Source of the DNA: Auanema rhodensis
Lineage: Eukaryota > Animalia > Nematoda
Length of the DNA: 64,000 bases
Assembly (NCBI GenBank): GCA_964057225.1
Contig: OZ059898.1
Coordinates: 868,001 to 932,000, forward strand
Reading direction: 5' to 3'
Part shown: in pieces, positions 43,601 through 57,800 of the stretch
How positions within the stretch are numbered: the stretch's first letter is position 1
Layout of the letters: the number at the start of each line of letters is the position of its first letter
Program-made: the position numbers and the translations under genes
Notes under the pieces: generated by a model
Told to the model about the DNA's origin: nothing
The model's database searches: none
The model's input: only the letters and a program-made list of their open reading frames with translations

Positions 43601-44855
43601 CAACTGATATAAGTTCACACTTATATCCTCGATTTTCACCCTGAAGAATTAATTTTTTTGTTGAATAACATTGTCCATCGTCTTTGCCTTGAAAAAAGGA
43701 ATCTAAAAACATCTACTTTTTGCTAAATTATTTTGAAATTTTTCGAAAAAATTTTTGTCAAAATGTTTTTGGAAGCAATGTTGAGTGTACATGGAAACTC
43801 AACATACACTAATGCATCATTTTTCAAACGATCATAACTAATTTTTGTATTAAGCGTTTCTCAATGTAGTATAGTGCATTCGATGCGGATTTTTAAGCTG
43901 CGTCGATCTGTGTTATCAGATTTGCGCTAGCTTAAAAATGCACCGAGATATCAACTGATATAAGTTCACACTTATATCCTCGATTTTCACCCTGAAGAAT
44001 TAATTTTTTCGTTGAATAACATTGTCCATCGTCTTTGCCTTGAAAAAAGGAATCTAAAAACATCTACTTTTTGCTAAATTATCTTGAAATTTTTCGAAAA
44101 AATTTTTGTCAAAATGTTTTTGGAAGCAATGTTGAGTGTACATGGAAACTCAACATACACTAATGCATCATTTTTCAAACGATCATAACTAATTTTTGTA
44201 TTAAGCGTTTCTCAATGTAGTATAGTGCATTCGATGCGGATTTTTAAGCTGCGTCGATCTGTGTTATCAGATTTGCGCTAGCTTAAAAATGCACCGAGAT
44301 ATCAACTGATATAAGTTCACACTTATATCCTCGATTTTCACCCTGAAGAATTAATTTTTTCGTTGAATAACATTGTCCATCGTCTTTGCCTTGAAAAAAG
44401 GAATCTAAAAACATCTACTTTTTGCTAAATTATCTTGAAATTTTTCGAAAAAATTTTTGTCAAAATGTTTTTGGAAGCAACGTTGAGTGTACATGGAAAC
44501 TCAACATACACTAATGCATCATTTTTCAAACGATCATAACTAATTTTTGTATTAAGCGTTTCTCAATGTAGTATAGTGCATTCGATGCGGATTTTTAAGC
44601 TGCGTCGATCTGTGTTATCAGATTTGCGCTAGCTTAAAAATGCACCGAGATATCAACTGATATAAGTTCACACTTATATCCTCGATTTTCACCCTGAAGA
44701 ATTAATTTTTTTGTTGAATAACATTGTCCATCGTCTTTGCCTTGAAAAAAGGAATCTAAAAACATCTACTTTTTGCTAAATTATCTTGAAATTTTTCGAA
44801 AAAATTTTTGTCAAAATGTTTTTGGAAGCAATGTTGAGTGTACATGGAAACTCAA
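40644..44855 (+). repeat. 6-monomer HOR, two copies, period 2106 bp
   Basis: gagaaaag about 40884/42990, ttattag 41460/43566 and gcaacgtt 42375/44481 are each 2106 bp apart. A few private SNPs differ between the copies. Confidence 0.85.
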
Positions 44856-46899
44856 CATACACTAATGCATCATTTTTCAAACGATCATAACTAATTTTTG
44901 TATTAAGCGTTTCTCAATGTAGTATAGTGCATTCGATGCGGATTTTTAAGCTGCGTCGATCTGTGTTATCAGATTTGAGCTAGCTTAAAAATGCACCGAG
45001 ATATCAACTGATATAAGTTCACACTTATATCCTCGATTTTCACCCTGAAGAATTAATTTTTTTGTTGAATAACATCGTCCATCGTCTTTGCCTTGAAAAA
45101 AGGAATCTAAAAACATCTACTTTTTGCTAAATTATCTTGAAATTTTTCGAAAAAATTTTTGTCAAAATGTTTTTGGAAGCAATGTTGAGTGTACATGGAA
45201 ACTCAACATACACTAATGCATCATTTTTCAAACGATCATAACTAATTTTTGTATTAAGCGTTTCTCAATGTAGTATAGTGCATTCGATGCGGATTTTTAA
45301 GCTGCGTCGATCTGTGTTATCAGATTTGCGCTAGCTTAAAAATGCACCGAGATATCAACTGATATAAGTTCACACTTATATCCTCGATTTTCACCCTGAA
45401 GAATTAATTTTTTCGTTGAATAACATTGTCCATCGTCTTTGCCTTGAAAAAAGGAATCTAAAAACATCTACTTTTTGCTAAATTATCTTGAAATTTTTCG
45501 AAAAAATTTTTGTCAAAATGTTTTTGGAAGCAATGTTGAGTGTACATGGAAACTCAACATACACTAATGCATCATTTTTCAAACGATCATAACTAATTTT
45601 TGTATTAAGCGTTTCTCAATGTAGTATAGTGCATTCGATGCGGATTTTTAAGCTGCGTCGATCTGTGTTATCAGATTTGCGCTAGCTTAAAATGCACCGA
45701 GATATCAACTGATATAAGTTCACACTTATATCCTCGATTTTCACCCTGAAGAATTAATTTTTTTGTTGAATAACATTGTCCATCGTCTTTGCCTTGAAAA
45801 AAGGAATCTAAAAACATCTACTTTTTGCTAAATTATCTTGAAATTTTTCGAAAAAATTTTTGTCAAAATGTTTTTGGAAGCAATGTTGAGTGTACATGGA
45901 AACTCAACATACACTAATGCATCATTTTTCAAACGATCATAACTAATTTTTGTATTAAGCGTTTCTCAATGTAGTATAGTGCATTCGATGCGGATTTTTA
46001 GGCTGCGTCGATCTGTGTTATCAGATTTGAGCTAGCTTAAAAATGCACCGAGATATCAACTGATATAAGTTCACACTTATATCCTCGATTTTCACCCTGA
46101 AGAATTAATTTTTTTGTTGAATAACATCGTCCATCGTCTTTGCCTTGAAAAAAGGAATCTAAAAACATCTACTTTTTGCTAAATTATCTTAAAATTTTTC
46201 GAAAAAATTTTTGTCAAAATGTTTTTGGAAGCAATGTTGAGTGTACATGGAAACTCAACATACACTAATGCATCATTTTTCAAACGATCATAACTAATTT
46301 TTGTATTAAGCGTTTCTCAATGTCGTATAGTGCATTCGATGCGTATTTTTAAGCTGCGTCGATCTGTGTTATCAGATTTGCGCTAGCTTAAAAATGCACC
46401 GAGATATCAACTGATATAAGTTCACACTTATATCCTCGATTTTCACCCTGAAGAATTAATTTTTTCGTTGAATAACATTGTCCATCGTCTTTGCCTTGAA
46501 AAAAGGAATCTAAAAACATCTATTTTTTGCTAAATTATCTTGAAATTTTTCGAAAAAATTTTTGTCAAAATGTTTTTGGAAGCAATGTTGAGTGTACATG
46601 GAAACTCAACATACACTAATGCATCATTTTTCAAACGATCATAACTAATTTTTGTATTAAGCGTTTCTCAATGTCGTATAGTGCATTCGATGCGGATTTT
46701 TAAGCTGCGTCGATCTGTGTTTTCAGATTTGCGCTAGCTTAAAAATGCACCGAGATATCAACTGATATAAGTTCACACTTATATCCTCGATTTTCACCCT
46801 GAAGAATTAATTTTTTTGTTGAATAACATTGTCCATCGTCTTTGCCTTGAAAAAAGAAATCTAAAAACATCTACTTTTTGCTAAATTATTCTGAAATTT

Positions 46900-49520
46900 T
46901 TCGAAAAAATTTTTGTCAAAATGTTTTTGGAAGCAATGTTGAGTGTACATGGAAACTCAACATACACTAATGCATCATTTTTCAAACGATCATAACTAAT
47001 TTTTGTATTAAGCGTTTCTCAATGTAGTATAGTGCATTCGATGCGGATTTTTAAGCTGCGTCGATCTGTGTTATCAGATTTGCGCTAGCTTAAAAATGCA
47101 CCGAGATATCAACTGATATAAGTTCACACTTATATCCTCGATTTTCACCCTGAAGAATTAATTTTTTCGTTGAATAACATTGTCCATCGTCTTTGCCTTG
47201 AAAAAAGGAATCTAAAAACATCTACTTTTTGCTAAATTATCTTGAAATTTTTCGAAAAAATTTTTGTCAAAATGTTTTTGGAAGCAATGTTGAGTGTACA
47301 TGGAAACTCAACATACACTAATGCATCATTTTTCAAACGATCATAACTAATTTTTGTATTAAGCGTTTCTCAATGTAGTATAGTGCATTCGATGCGGATT
47401 TTTAAGCTGCGTCGATCTGTGTTATCAGATTTGCGCTAGCTTAAAAATGCACCGAGATATCGACTGATATAAGTTCACACTTATATCCTCGATTTTCACC
47501 CTGAAGAAATAATTTTTTCGTTGAATAACATTGTCCATCGTCTTTGCCTTGAAAAATGGAATCTAAAAACATCTACTTTTTGCTAAATTATTTTGAAATT
47601 TTTTGAAAAAATTTTTGTCAAAATGTTTTTGGAAGCAATGTTGAGTGTACATGGAAACTCAACATACACTAATGCATCATTTTTCAAACGATCATAACTA
47701 ATTTTTGTATTAAGCGTTTCTCAATGTAGTATAGTGCATTCGATGCGGATTTTTAAGCTGCGTCGATCTGTGTTATCAAATTTGCGCTAGCTTAAAAATG
47801 CACCGAGATATCAACTGATATAAGTTCACACTTATATCCTCGATTTTCACCCTGAAGAATTAATTTTTTTGTTGAATAACATTGTCCATCGTCTTTGCCT
47901 TGAAAAAAAGGAATCTAAAAACATGTACTTTTTGCTAAATTATTTTGAAATTTTCCGAAAAAATTTTTGTCAAAATGTTTTTGGAAGCAATGTTGAGTGT
48001 ACATAGAAACTCAACATACACTAATGCATCATTTTTCAAACGATCATAACTAATTTTTGTATTAAGCGTTTCTCAATGTCGTATAGTGCATTCGATGCGG
48101 ATTTTTAAGCTGCGTCGATCTGTGTTATTAGATTTGCGCTAGCTTAAAAATGCACCGAGATATCAACTGATATAAGTTCACACTTATATCCTCGATTTTC
48201 ACCCTGAAGAATTAATTTTTTTGTTGAATAACATTGTCCATCGTCTTTGCCTTGAAAAAAGGAATCTAAAAACATCTACTTTTTGCTAAATTATTTTGAA
48301 ATTTTTCGAAAAAATTTTTGTCAAAATGTTTTTGGAAGCAATGTTGAGTGTACATGGAAACTCAACATACACTAATGCATCATTTTTCAAACGATCTTAA
48401 CTAATTTTTGTATTAAGCGTTTCTCAATGTAGTATAGTGCATTCGATGCGGATTTTTAAGCTGCGTCGATCTGTGTTATCAGATTTGCGCTAGCTTAAAA
48501 ATGCACCGAGATATCAACTGATATAAGTTCACACTTATATCCTCGATTTTCACCCTGAAGAATTAATTTTTTCGTTGAATAACATTGTCCATCGTCTTTG
48601 CCTTGAAAAAAGGAATCTAAAAACATCTACTTTTTGCTAAATTATCTTGAAATTTTTCGAAAAAATTTTTGTCAAAATGTTTTTGGAAGCAATGTTGAGT
48701 GTACATGGAAACTCAACATACACTAATGCATCATTTTTCAAACGATCATAACTAATTTTTGTATTAAGCGTTTCTCAATGTAGTATAGTGCATTCGATGC
48801 GGATTTTTAAGCTGCGTCGATCTGTGTTATCAGATTTGCGCTAGCTTAAAAATGCACCGAGATATCGACTGATATAAGTTCACACTTATATCCTCGATTT
48901 TCACCCTGAAGAATTAATTTTTTCGTTGAATAACATTGTCCATCGTCTTTGCCTTGAAAAATGGAATCTAAAAACATCTACTTTTTGCTAAATTATTTTG
49001 AAATTTTTTGAAAAAATTTTTGTCAAAATGTTTTTGGAAGCAATGTTGAGTGTACATGGAAACTCAACATACACTAATGCATCATTTTTCAAACGATCAT
49101 AACTAATTTTTGTATTAAGCGTTTCTCAATGTAGTATAGTGCATTCGATGCGGATTTTTAAGCTGCGTCGATCTGTGTTATCAAATTTGCGCTAGCTTAA
49201 AAATGCACCGAGATATCAACTGATATAAGTTCACACTTATATCCTCGATTTTCACCCTGAAGAATTAATTTTTTTGTTGAATAACATTGTCCATCGTCTT
49301 TGCCTTGAAAAAAAGGAATCTAAAAACATGTACTTTTTGCTAAATTATTTTGAAATTTTCCGAAAAAATTTTTGTCAAAATGTTTTTGGAAGCAATGTTG
49401 AGTGTACATAGAAACTCAACATACACTAATGCATCATTTTTCAAACGATCATAACTAATTTTTGTATTAAGCGTTTCTCAATGTCGTATAGTGCATTCGA
49501 TGCGGATTTTTAAGCTGCGT
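46900..49520 (+). repeat. 4-monomer HOR, about two copies, period 1405 bp
   Basis: tatcgact 47462/48867, aaatgga 47557/48962, atcaaat 47779/49184 and catagaa 48005/49410, with a shared extra A in the A-tract. Confidence 0.85.
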
Positions 49521-52500
49521 CGATCTGTGTTATCAGATTTGCGCTAGCTTAAAAATGCACCGAGATATCAACTGATATAAGTTCACACTTATATCCTCGA
49601 TTTTCACCCTGAAGAATTAATTTTTTCGTTGAATAACATTGTCCATCGTCTTTGCCTTGAAAAAAGGAATCTAAAAACATCTACTTTTTGCTAAATTATC
49701 TTGAATATTTTCGAAAAAATTTTTGTCAAAATGTTTTTGGAAGCAATGTTGAGTGTACATGGAAACTCAACATACACTAATGCATCATTTTTCAAACGAT
49801 CATAACTAATTTTTGTATTAAGCGATTCTCAATGTAGTATAGTGCATTCGATGCGGATTTTTGAGCTGCGTCGTTCTGTGTTATCAGATTTGCGCTAGCT
49901 TAAAAATGCACCGAGATATCAACTGATATAAGTTCACACTTATATCCTCGATTTTCACCCTGAAGAATTAATTTTTTCGTTGAATAACATTGTCCATCGT
50001 CTTTGCCTTGAAAAATGGAATCTAAAAACATCTACTTTTTGCTAAATTATTTCGAAATTTTTCGAAAAAATTTTTGTCAAAATGTTTTTGGAAGCAATGT
50101 TGAGTGTACATGGAAACTCAACATACACTAATGCATCATTTTTCAAACGATCATAACTAATTTTTGTATTAAGCGTTTCTCAATGTAGTATAGTGCATTC
50201 GATGCGGATTTTTAAGCTGCGTCGATCTGTGTTATCAGATTTGCGCTAGCTTAAAAATGCACCGAGATATCAACTGATATAAGTTCACACTTATATCCTC
50301 GATTTTCACCCTGAAGAATTAATTTTTTTGTTGAATAACATTGTCCATCGTCTTTGCCTTGAAAAAAGGAATCTAAAAACATGTACTTTTTGCTAAATTA
50401 TTTTGAAATTTTCCGAAAAAATTTTTGTCAAAATGTTTTTGGAAGCAATGTTGAGTGTACATAGAAACTCAACATACACTAATGCATCATTTTTCAAACG
50501 ATCATAACTAATTTTTGTATTAAGCGTTTCTCAATGTCGTATAGTGCATTCGATGCGGATTTTTAAGCTGCGTCGATCTGTGTTATCAGATTTGCGCTAG
50601 CTTAAAAATACACCGAGATATCAACTGATATAAGTTCACACTTATATCCTCGATTTTCACCCTGAAGAATTAATTTTTTTGTTGAATAACATTGTCCATC
50701 GTCTTTGCCTTGAAAAAAGGAATCTAAAAACATGTACTTTTTGCTAAATTATTTTGAAATTTTCCGAAAAAATTTTTGTCAAAATGTTTTTGGAAGCAAT
50801 GTTGAGTGTAGATAGAAACTCAACATACACTAATGCATCATTTTTCAAACGAATATAACTAATTTTTGTATTAAGCGTTTCTCAATGTAGTATAGTGCAA
50901 TCGATGCGGATTTTTAAGCTGCGTCGATCTGTGTTATCAGATTTGCGCTAGCTTAAAAATGCACCGAGATATCAACTGATATAAGTTCACACTTATATCC
51001 TCGATTTTCACCCTGAAGAATTAATTTTTTCGTTGAATAACATTGTCCATCGTCTTTGCCTTGAAAAAAGGAATCTAAAAACATCTACTTTTTGCTAAAT
51101 TATCTTGAAATTTTTCGAAAAAATTTTTGTCAAAATGTTTTTGGAAGCAATGTTGAGTGTACATGGAAACTCAACATACACTAATGCATCATTTTTCAAA
51201 CGATCATAACTAATTTTTGTATTAAGCGTTTCTCAATGTCGTATAGTGCATTCGATGCGGATTTTTAAGCTGCGTCGATCTGTGTTATCAGATTTGCGCT
51301 AGCTTAAAAATGCACCGAGATATCAACTGATATAAGTTCACACTTATATCCTCGATTTTCACCCTGAAGAATTAATTTTTTCGTTGAATAACATTGTCCA
51401 TCGTCTTTGCCTTGAAAAATGGAATCTAAAAACATCTACTTTTTGCTAAATTATTTCGAAATTTTTCGAAAAAATTTTTGTCAAAATGTTTTTGGAAGCA
51501 ATGTTGAGTGTACATGGAAACTCAACATACACTAATGCATCATTTTTCAAACGATCATAACTAATTTTTGTATTAAGCGTTTCTCAATGTAGTATAGTGC
51601 ATTCGATGCGGATTTTTAAGCTGCGTCGATCTGTGTTATCAGATTTGCGCTAGCTTAAAAATGCACCGAGATATCAACTGATATAAGTTCACACTTATAT
51701 CCTCGATTTTCACCCTGAAGAATTAATTTTTTTGTTGAATAACATTGTCCATCGTCTTTGCCTTGAAAAAAGGAATCTAAAAACATGTACTTTTTGCTAA
51801 ATTATTTTGAAATTTTCCGAAAAAATTTTTGTCAAAATGTTTTTGGAAGCAATGTTGAGTGTAGATAGAAACTCAACATACACTAATGCATCATTTTTCA
51901 AACGAATATAACTAATTTTTGTATTAAGCGTTTCTCAATGTAGTATAGTGCATTCGATGCGGATTTTTAAGCTGCGTCGATCTGTGTTATTAGATTTGCG
52001 CTAGCTTAAAAATGCACCGAGATATCAACTGATATAAGTTCACACTTATATCCTCGATTTTCACCCTGAAGAATTAATTTTTTTGTTGAATAACATTGTC
52101 CATCGTCTTTGCCTTGAAAAAAGGAATCTAAAAACATCTACTTTTTGCTAAATTATTTTGAAATTTTTCGAAAAAATTTTTGTCAAAATGTTTTTGGAAG
52201 CAATGTTGAGTGTACATGGAAACTCAACATACACTAATGCATCATTTTTCAAACGATCATAACTAATTTTTGTATTAAGCGTTTCTCAATGTAGTATAGT
52301 GCATTCGATGCGGATTTTTAAGCTGCGTCGATCTGTGTTATCAGATTTGCGCTAGCTTAAAAATGCACCGAGATATCAACTGATATAAGTTCACACTTAT
52401 ATCCTCGATTTTCACCCTGAAGAATTAATTTTTTCGTTGAATAACATTGTCCATCGTCTTTGCCTTGAAAAAAGGAATCTAAAAACATCTACTTTTTGCT

Positions 52501-54857
52501 AAATTATCTTGAAATTTTTCGAAAAAATTTTTGTCAAAATGTTTTTGGAAGCAATGTTGAGTGTACATGGAAACTCAACATACACTAATGCATCATTTTT
52601 CAAACGATCATAACTAATTTTTGTATTAAGCGTTTCTCAATGTCGTATAGTGCATTCGATGCGGATTTTTAAGCTGCGTCGATCTGTGTTATCAGATTTG
52701 CGCTAGCTTAAAAATGCACCGAGATATCAACTGATATAAGTTCACACTTATATCCTCGATTTTCACCCTGAAGAATTAATTTTTTCGTTGAATAACATTG
52801 TCCATCGTCTTTGCCTTGAAAAAAGGAATCTAAAAACATCTACTTTTTGCTAAATTATCTTGAAATTTTTCGAAAAAATTTTTGTCAAAATGTTTTTGGA
52901 AGCAATGTTGAGTGTACATGGAAACTCAACATACACTAATGCATCATTTTTCAAACGATCATAACTAATTTTTGTATTAAGCGATTCTCAATGTAGTATA
53001 GTGCATTCGATGCGGATTTTTGAGCTGCGTCGTTCTGTGTTATCAGATTTGCGCTAGCTTAAAAATGCACCGAGATTTCAACTGATATAAGTTCACACTT
53101 ATATCCTCGATTTTCACCCTGAAGAATTAATTTTTTCGTTGAATAACATTGTCCATCGTCTTTGCCTTGAAAAATGGAATCTAAAAACATCTACTTTTTG
53201 CTAAATTATTTCGAAATTTTTCGAAAAAATTTTTGTCAAAATGTTTTTGGAAGCAATGTTGAGTGTAGATAGAAACTCAACATACACTAATGCATCATTT
53301 TTCAAACGAATATAACTAATTTTTGTATTAAGCGTTTCTCAATGTCGTATAGTGCATTCGATGCGGATTTTTAAGCTGCGTCGATCTGTGTTATCAGATT
53401 TGCGCTAGCTTAAAAATGCACCGAGATATCAACTGATATAAGTTCACACTTATATCCTCGATTTTCACCCTGAAGAATTAATTTTTTTGTTGAATAACAT
53501 TGTCCATCGTCTTTGCCTTTAAAAAAGGAATCTAAAAACATCTACTTTTTGCTAAATTATCTTGAAATTTTTCGAAAAAATTTTTGTCAAAATGTTTTTG
53601 GAAGCAATGTTGAGTGTACATAGAAACTCAACATACACTAATGCATCATTTTTCAAACGATCATAACTAATTTTTGTATTAAGCGTTTCTCAATGTAGTA
53701 TAGTGCATTCGATGCGGATTTTTAAGCTGTGTCGATCTGTGTTATCAGATTTGCGCTAGCTTAAAAATGCACCGAGATATCAACTGATATAAGTTCACAC
53801 TTATATCCTCGATTTTCACCCTGAAGAATTAATTTTTTCGTTGAATAACATTGTCCATCGTCTTTGCCTTGAAAAAAGGAATCTAAAAACATCTACTTTT
53901 TGCTAAATTATCTTGAAATTTTTCGAAAAAATTTTTGTCAAAATGTTTTTGGAAGCAATGTTGAGTGTACATGGAAACTCAACATACAATAATGCATCAT
54001 TTTTCAAACGATCATAACTAATTTTTGTATTAAGCGTTTCTCAATGTCGTATAGTGCATTCGATGCGGATTTTTAAGCTGCGTCGATCTGTGTTATCAGA
54101 TTTGCGCTAGCTTAAAAATGCACCGAGATATCAACTGATATAAGTTCACACTTATATCCTCGATTTTCACCCTGAAGAATTAATTTTTTCGTTGAATAAC
54201 ATTGTCCATCGTCTTTGCCTTGAAAAAAGGAATCTAAAAACATCTACTTTTTGCTAAATTATCTTGAAATTTTTCGAAAAAATTTTTGTCAAAATGTTTT
54301 TGGAAGCAATGTTGAGTGTACATGGAAACTCAACATACACTAATGCATCATTTTTCAAACGATCATAACTAATTTTTGTATTAAGCGTTTCTCAATGTCG
54401 TATAGTGCATTCGATGCGGATTTTTAAGCTGCGTCGATCTGTGTTATCAGATTTGCGCTAGCTTAAAAATGCACCGAGATATCAACTGATATAAGTTCAC
54501 ACTTATATCCTCGATTTTCACCCTGAAGAATTAATTTTTTCGTTGAATAACATTGTCCATCGTCTTTGCCTTGAAAAAAGGAATCTAAAAACATCTACTT
54601 TTTGCTAAATTATTTTGAAATTTTTCGAAAAAATTTTTGTCAAAATGTTTTTGGAAGCAATGTTGAGTGTACATGGAAACTCAACATACACTAATGCATC
54701 ATTTTTCAAACGATCATAACTAATTTTTGTATTAAGCGTTTCTCAATGTAGTATAGTGCATTCGATTCGGATTTTTAAGCTGCGTCGATCTGTGTTATCA
54801 GATTTGCGCTAGCTTAAAAATGTACCGAGATATCAACTGATATAAGTTCACACTTAT

Positions 54858-57800
54858 ATCCTCGATTTTCACCCTGAAGAATTAATTTTTTCGTTGAATA
54901 ACATTGTCCATCGTCTTTGCCTTGAAAAAAGGAATCTAAAAACATGTACTTTTTGCTAAATTATTTTGAAATTTTCCGAAAAAATTTTTGTCAAAATGTT
55001 TTTGGAAGCAATGTTGAGTGTACATAGAAACTCAACATACACTAATGCATCATTTTTCAAACGATCATAACTAATTTTTGTATTAAGCGTTTCTCAATGT
55101 CGTATAGTGCATTCGATGCGGATTTTTAAGCTATCCTCGATTTTCACCCTGAAGAATTAATTTTTTCGTTGAATAACATTGTCCATCGTCTTCGCCTTGA
55201 AAAAAGGAATCTAAAAACATCTACTTTTTGCTAAATTATTTCGAAATTTTTCGAAAAAATTTTTGTCAAAATGTTTTTGGAAGCAATGTTGAGTGTACAA
55301 GGAAACTCAACATACACTAATGCATCATTTTTCAAACGATCATAACTAATTTTTGTATTAAGCGTTTCTCAATGTAGTATAGTGCATTCGATGCGGATTT
55401 TTAAGCTGCGTCGATATGTGTTATCAGATTTGCGCTAGCTTAAAAATGCACCGAGATATCAACTGATATAAGTTCACACTTATATCCTCGATTTTCACCC
55501 TGAAGAATTGATTTTTTCGTTGAATAACATTGTCCATCGTCTTTGCCTTGAAAAAAGGAATCTAAAAACATCTACTTTTTGCCAAATTATTTTGAAATTT
55601 TTCGAAAAAATTTTTGTCAAAATGTTTTTGGAAGCAATGTTGAGTGTACATGGAAACTCAACATACACTAATGCATCATTTTTCAAACGATCATAACTAA
55701 TTTTTGTATTAAGCGTTTCTCAATGTAGTATAGTGCATTCGATGCGGATTTTTAAGCTGCGTCGATCTGTGTTATCAGATTTGCGCTAGCTTAAAAATGC
55801 ACCGAGATATCAACTGATATAAGTTCACACTTATATCCTCGATTTTCACCCTGAAGAATTAATTTTTTTGTTGAATAACATTGTCCATCGTCTTTGCCTT
55901 GAAAAAAGGAATCTAAAAACATGTACTTTTTGCTAAATTATTTTGAAATTTTCCGAAAAAATTTTTGTCAAAATGTTTTTGGAAGCAATGTTGAGTGTAC
56001 ATAGAAACTCAACATACACTAATGCATCATTTTTCAAACGATCATAACTAATTTTTGTATTAAGCGTTTCTCAATGTCGTATAGTGCATTCGATGCGGAT
56101 TTTTAAGCTGCGTCGATCTGTGTTATCAGATTTGCGCTAGCTTAAAAATACACCGAGATATCAACTGATATAAGTTCACACTTATATCCTCGATTTTCAC
56201 CCTGAAGAATTAATTTTTTTGTTGAATAACATTGTCCATCGTCTTTGCCTTGAAAAAAGGAATCTAAAAACATCTACTTTTTGCTAAATTATTTTGAAAT
56301 TTTTCGAAAAAATTTTTGTCAAAATGTTTTTGGAAGCAATGTTGAGTGTACATGGAAACTCAACATACACTAATGCATCATTTTTCAAACGATCATAACT
56401 AATTTTTGTATTAAGCGTTTCTCAATGTCGTATAGTGCATTCGATGCGGATTTTTAAGCTATCCTCGATTTTCACCCTGAAGAATTAATTTTTTCGTTGA
56501 ATAACATTGTCCATCGTCTTCGCCTTGAAAAAAGGAATCTAAAAACATCTACTTTTTGCTAAATTATTTCGAAATTTTTCGAAAAAATTTTTGTCAAAAT
56601 GTTTTTGGAAGCAATGTTGAGTGTACATAGAAACTCAACATACACTAATGCATCATTTTTCAAACGATCATAACTAATTTTTGTATTAAGCGTTTCTCAA
56701 TGTCGTATAGTGCATTCGATGCGGATTTTTAAGCTATCCTCGATTTTCACCCTGAAGAATTAATTTTTTCGTTGAATAACATTGTCCATCGTCTTTGCCT
56801 TGAAAAAAGGAATCTAAAAACATGTACTTTTTGCTAAATTATTTTGAAATTTTCCGAAAAAATTTTTGTCAAAATGTTTTTGGAAGCAATGTTGAGTGTA
56901 CATAGAAACTCAACATACACTAATGCATCATTTTTCAAACGATCATAACTAATTTTTGTATTAAGCGTTTCTCAATGTCGTATAGTGCATTCGATGCGGA
57001 TTTTTAAGCTATCCTCGATTTTCACCCTGAAGAATTAATTTTTTCGTTGAATAACATTGTCCATCGTCTTCGCCTTGAAAAAAGGAATCTAAAAACATCT
57101 ACTTTTTGCTAAATTATTTCGAAATTTTTCGAAAAAATTTTTGTCAAAATGTTTTTGGAAGCAATGTTGAGTGTACAAGGAAACTCAACATACACTAATG
57201 CATCATTTTTCAAACGATCATAACTAATTTTTGTATTAAGCGTTTCTCAATGTAGTATAGTGCATTCGATGCGGATTTTTAAGCTGCGTCGATATGTGTT
57301 ATCAGATTTGCGCTAGCTTAAAAATGCACCGAGATATCAACTGATATAAGTTCACACTTATATCCTCGATTTTCACCCTGAAGAATTGATTTTTTCGTTG
57401 AATAACATTGTCCATCGTCTTTGCCTTGAAAAAAGGAATCTAAAAACATCTACTTTTTGCCAAATTATTTTGAAATTTTTCGAAAAAATTTTTGTCAAAA
57501 TGTTTTTGGAAGCAATGTTGAGTGTACAAGGAAACTCAACATACACTAATGCATCATTTTTCAAACGATCATAACTAATTTTTGTATTAAGCGTTTCTCA
57601 ATGTAGTATAGTGCATTCGATGCGGATTTTTAAGCTGCGTCGATATGTGTTATCAGATTTGCGCTAGCTTAAAAATGCACCGAGATATCAACTGATATAA
57701 GTTCACACTTATATCCTCGATTTTCACCCTGAAGAATTGATTTTTTCGTTGAATAACATTGTCCATCGTCTTTGCCTTGAAAAAAGGAATCTAAAAACAT

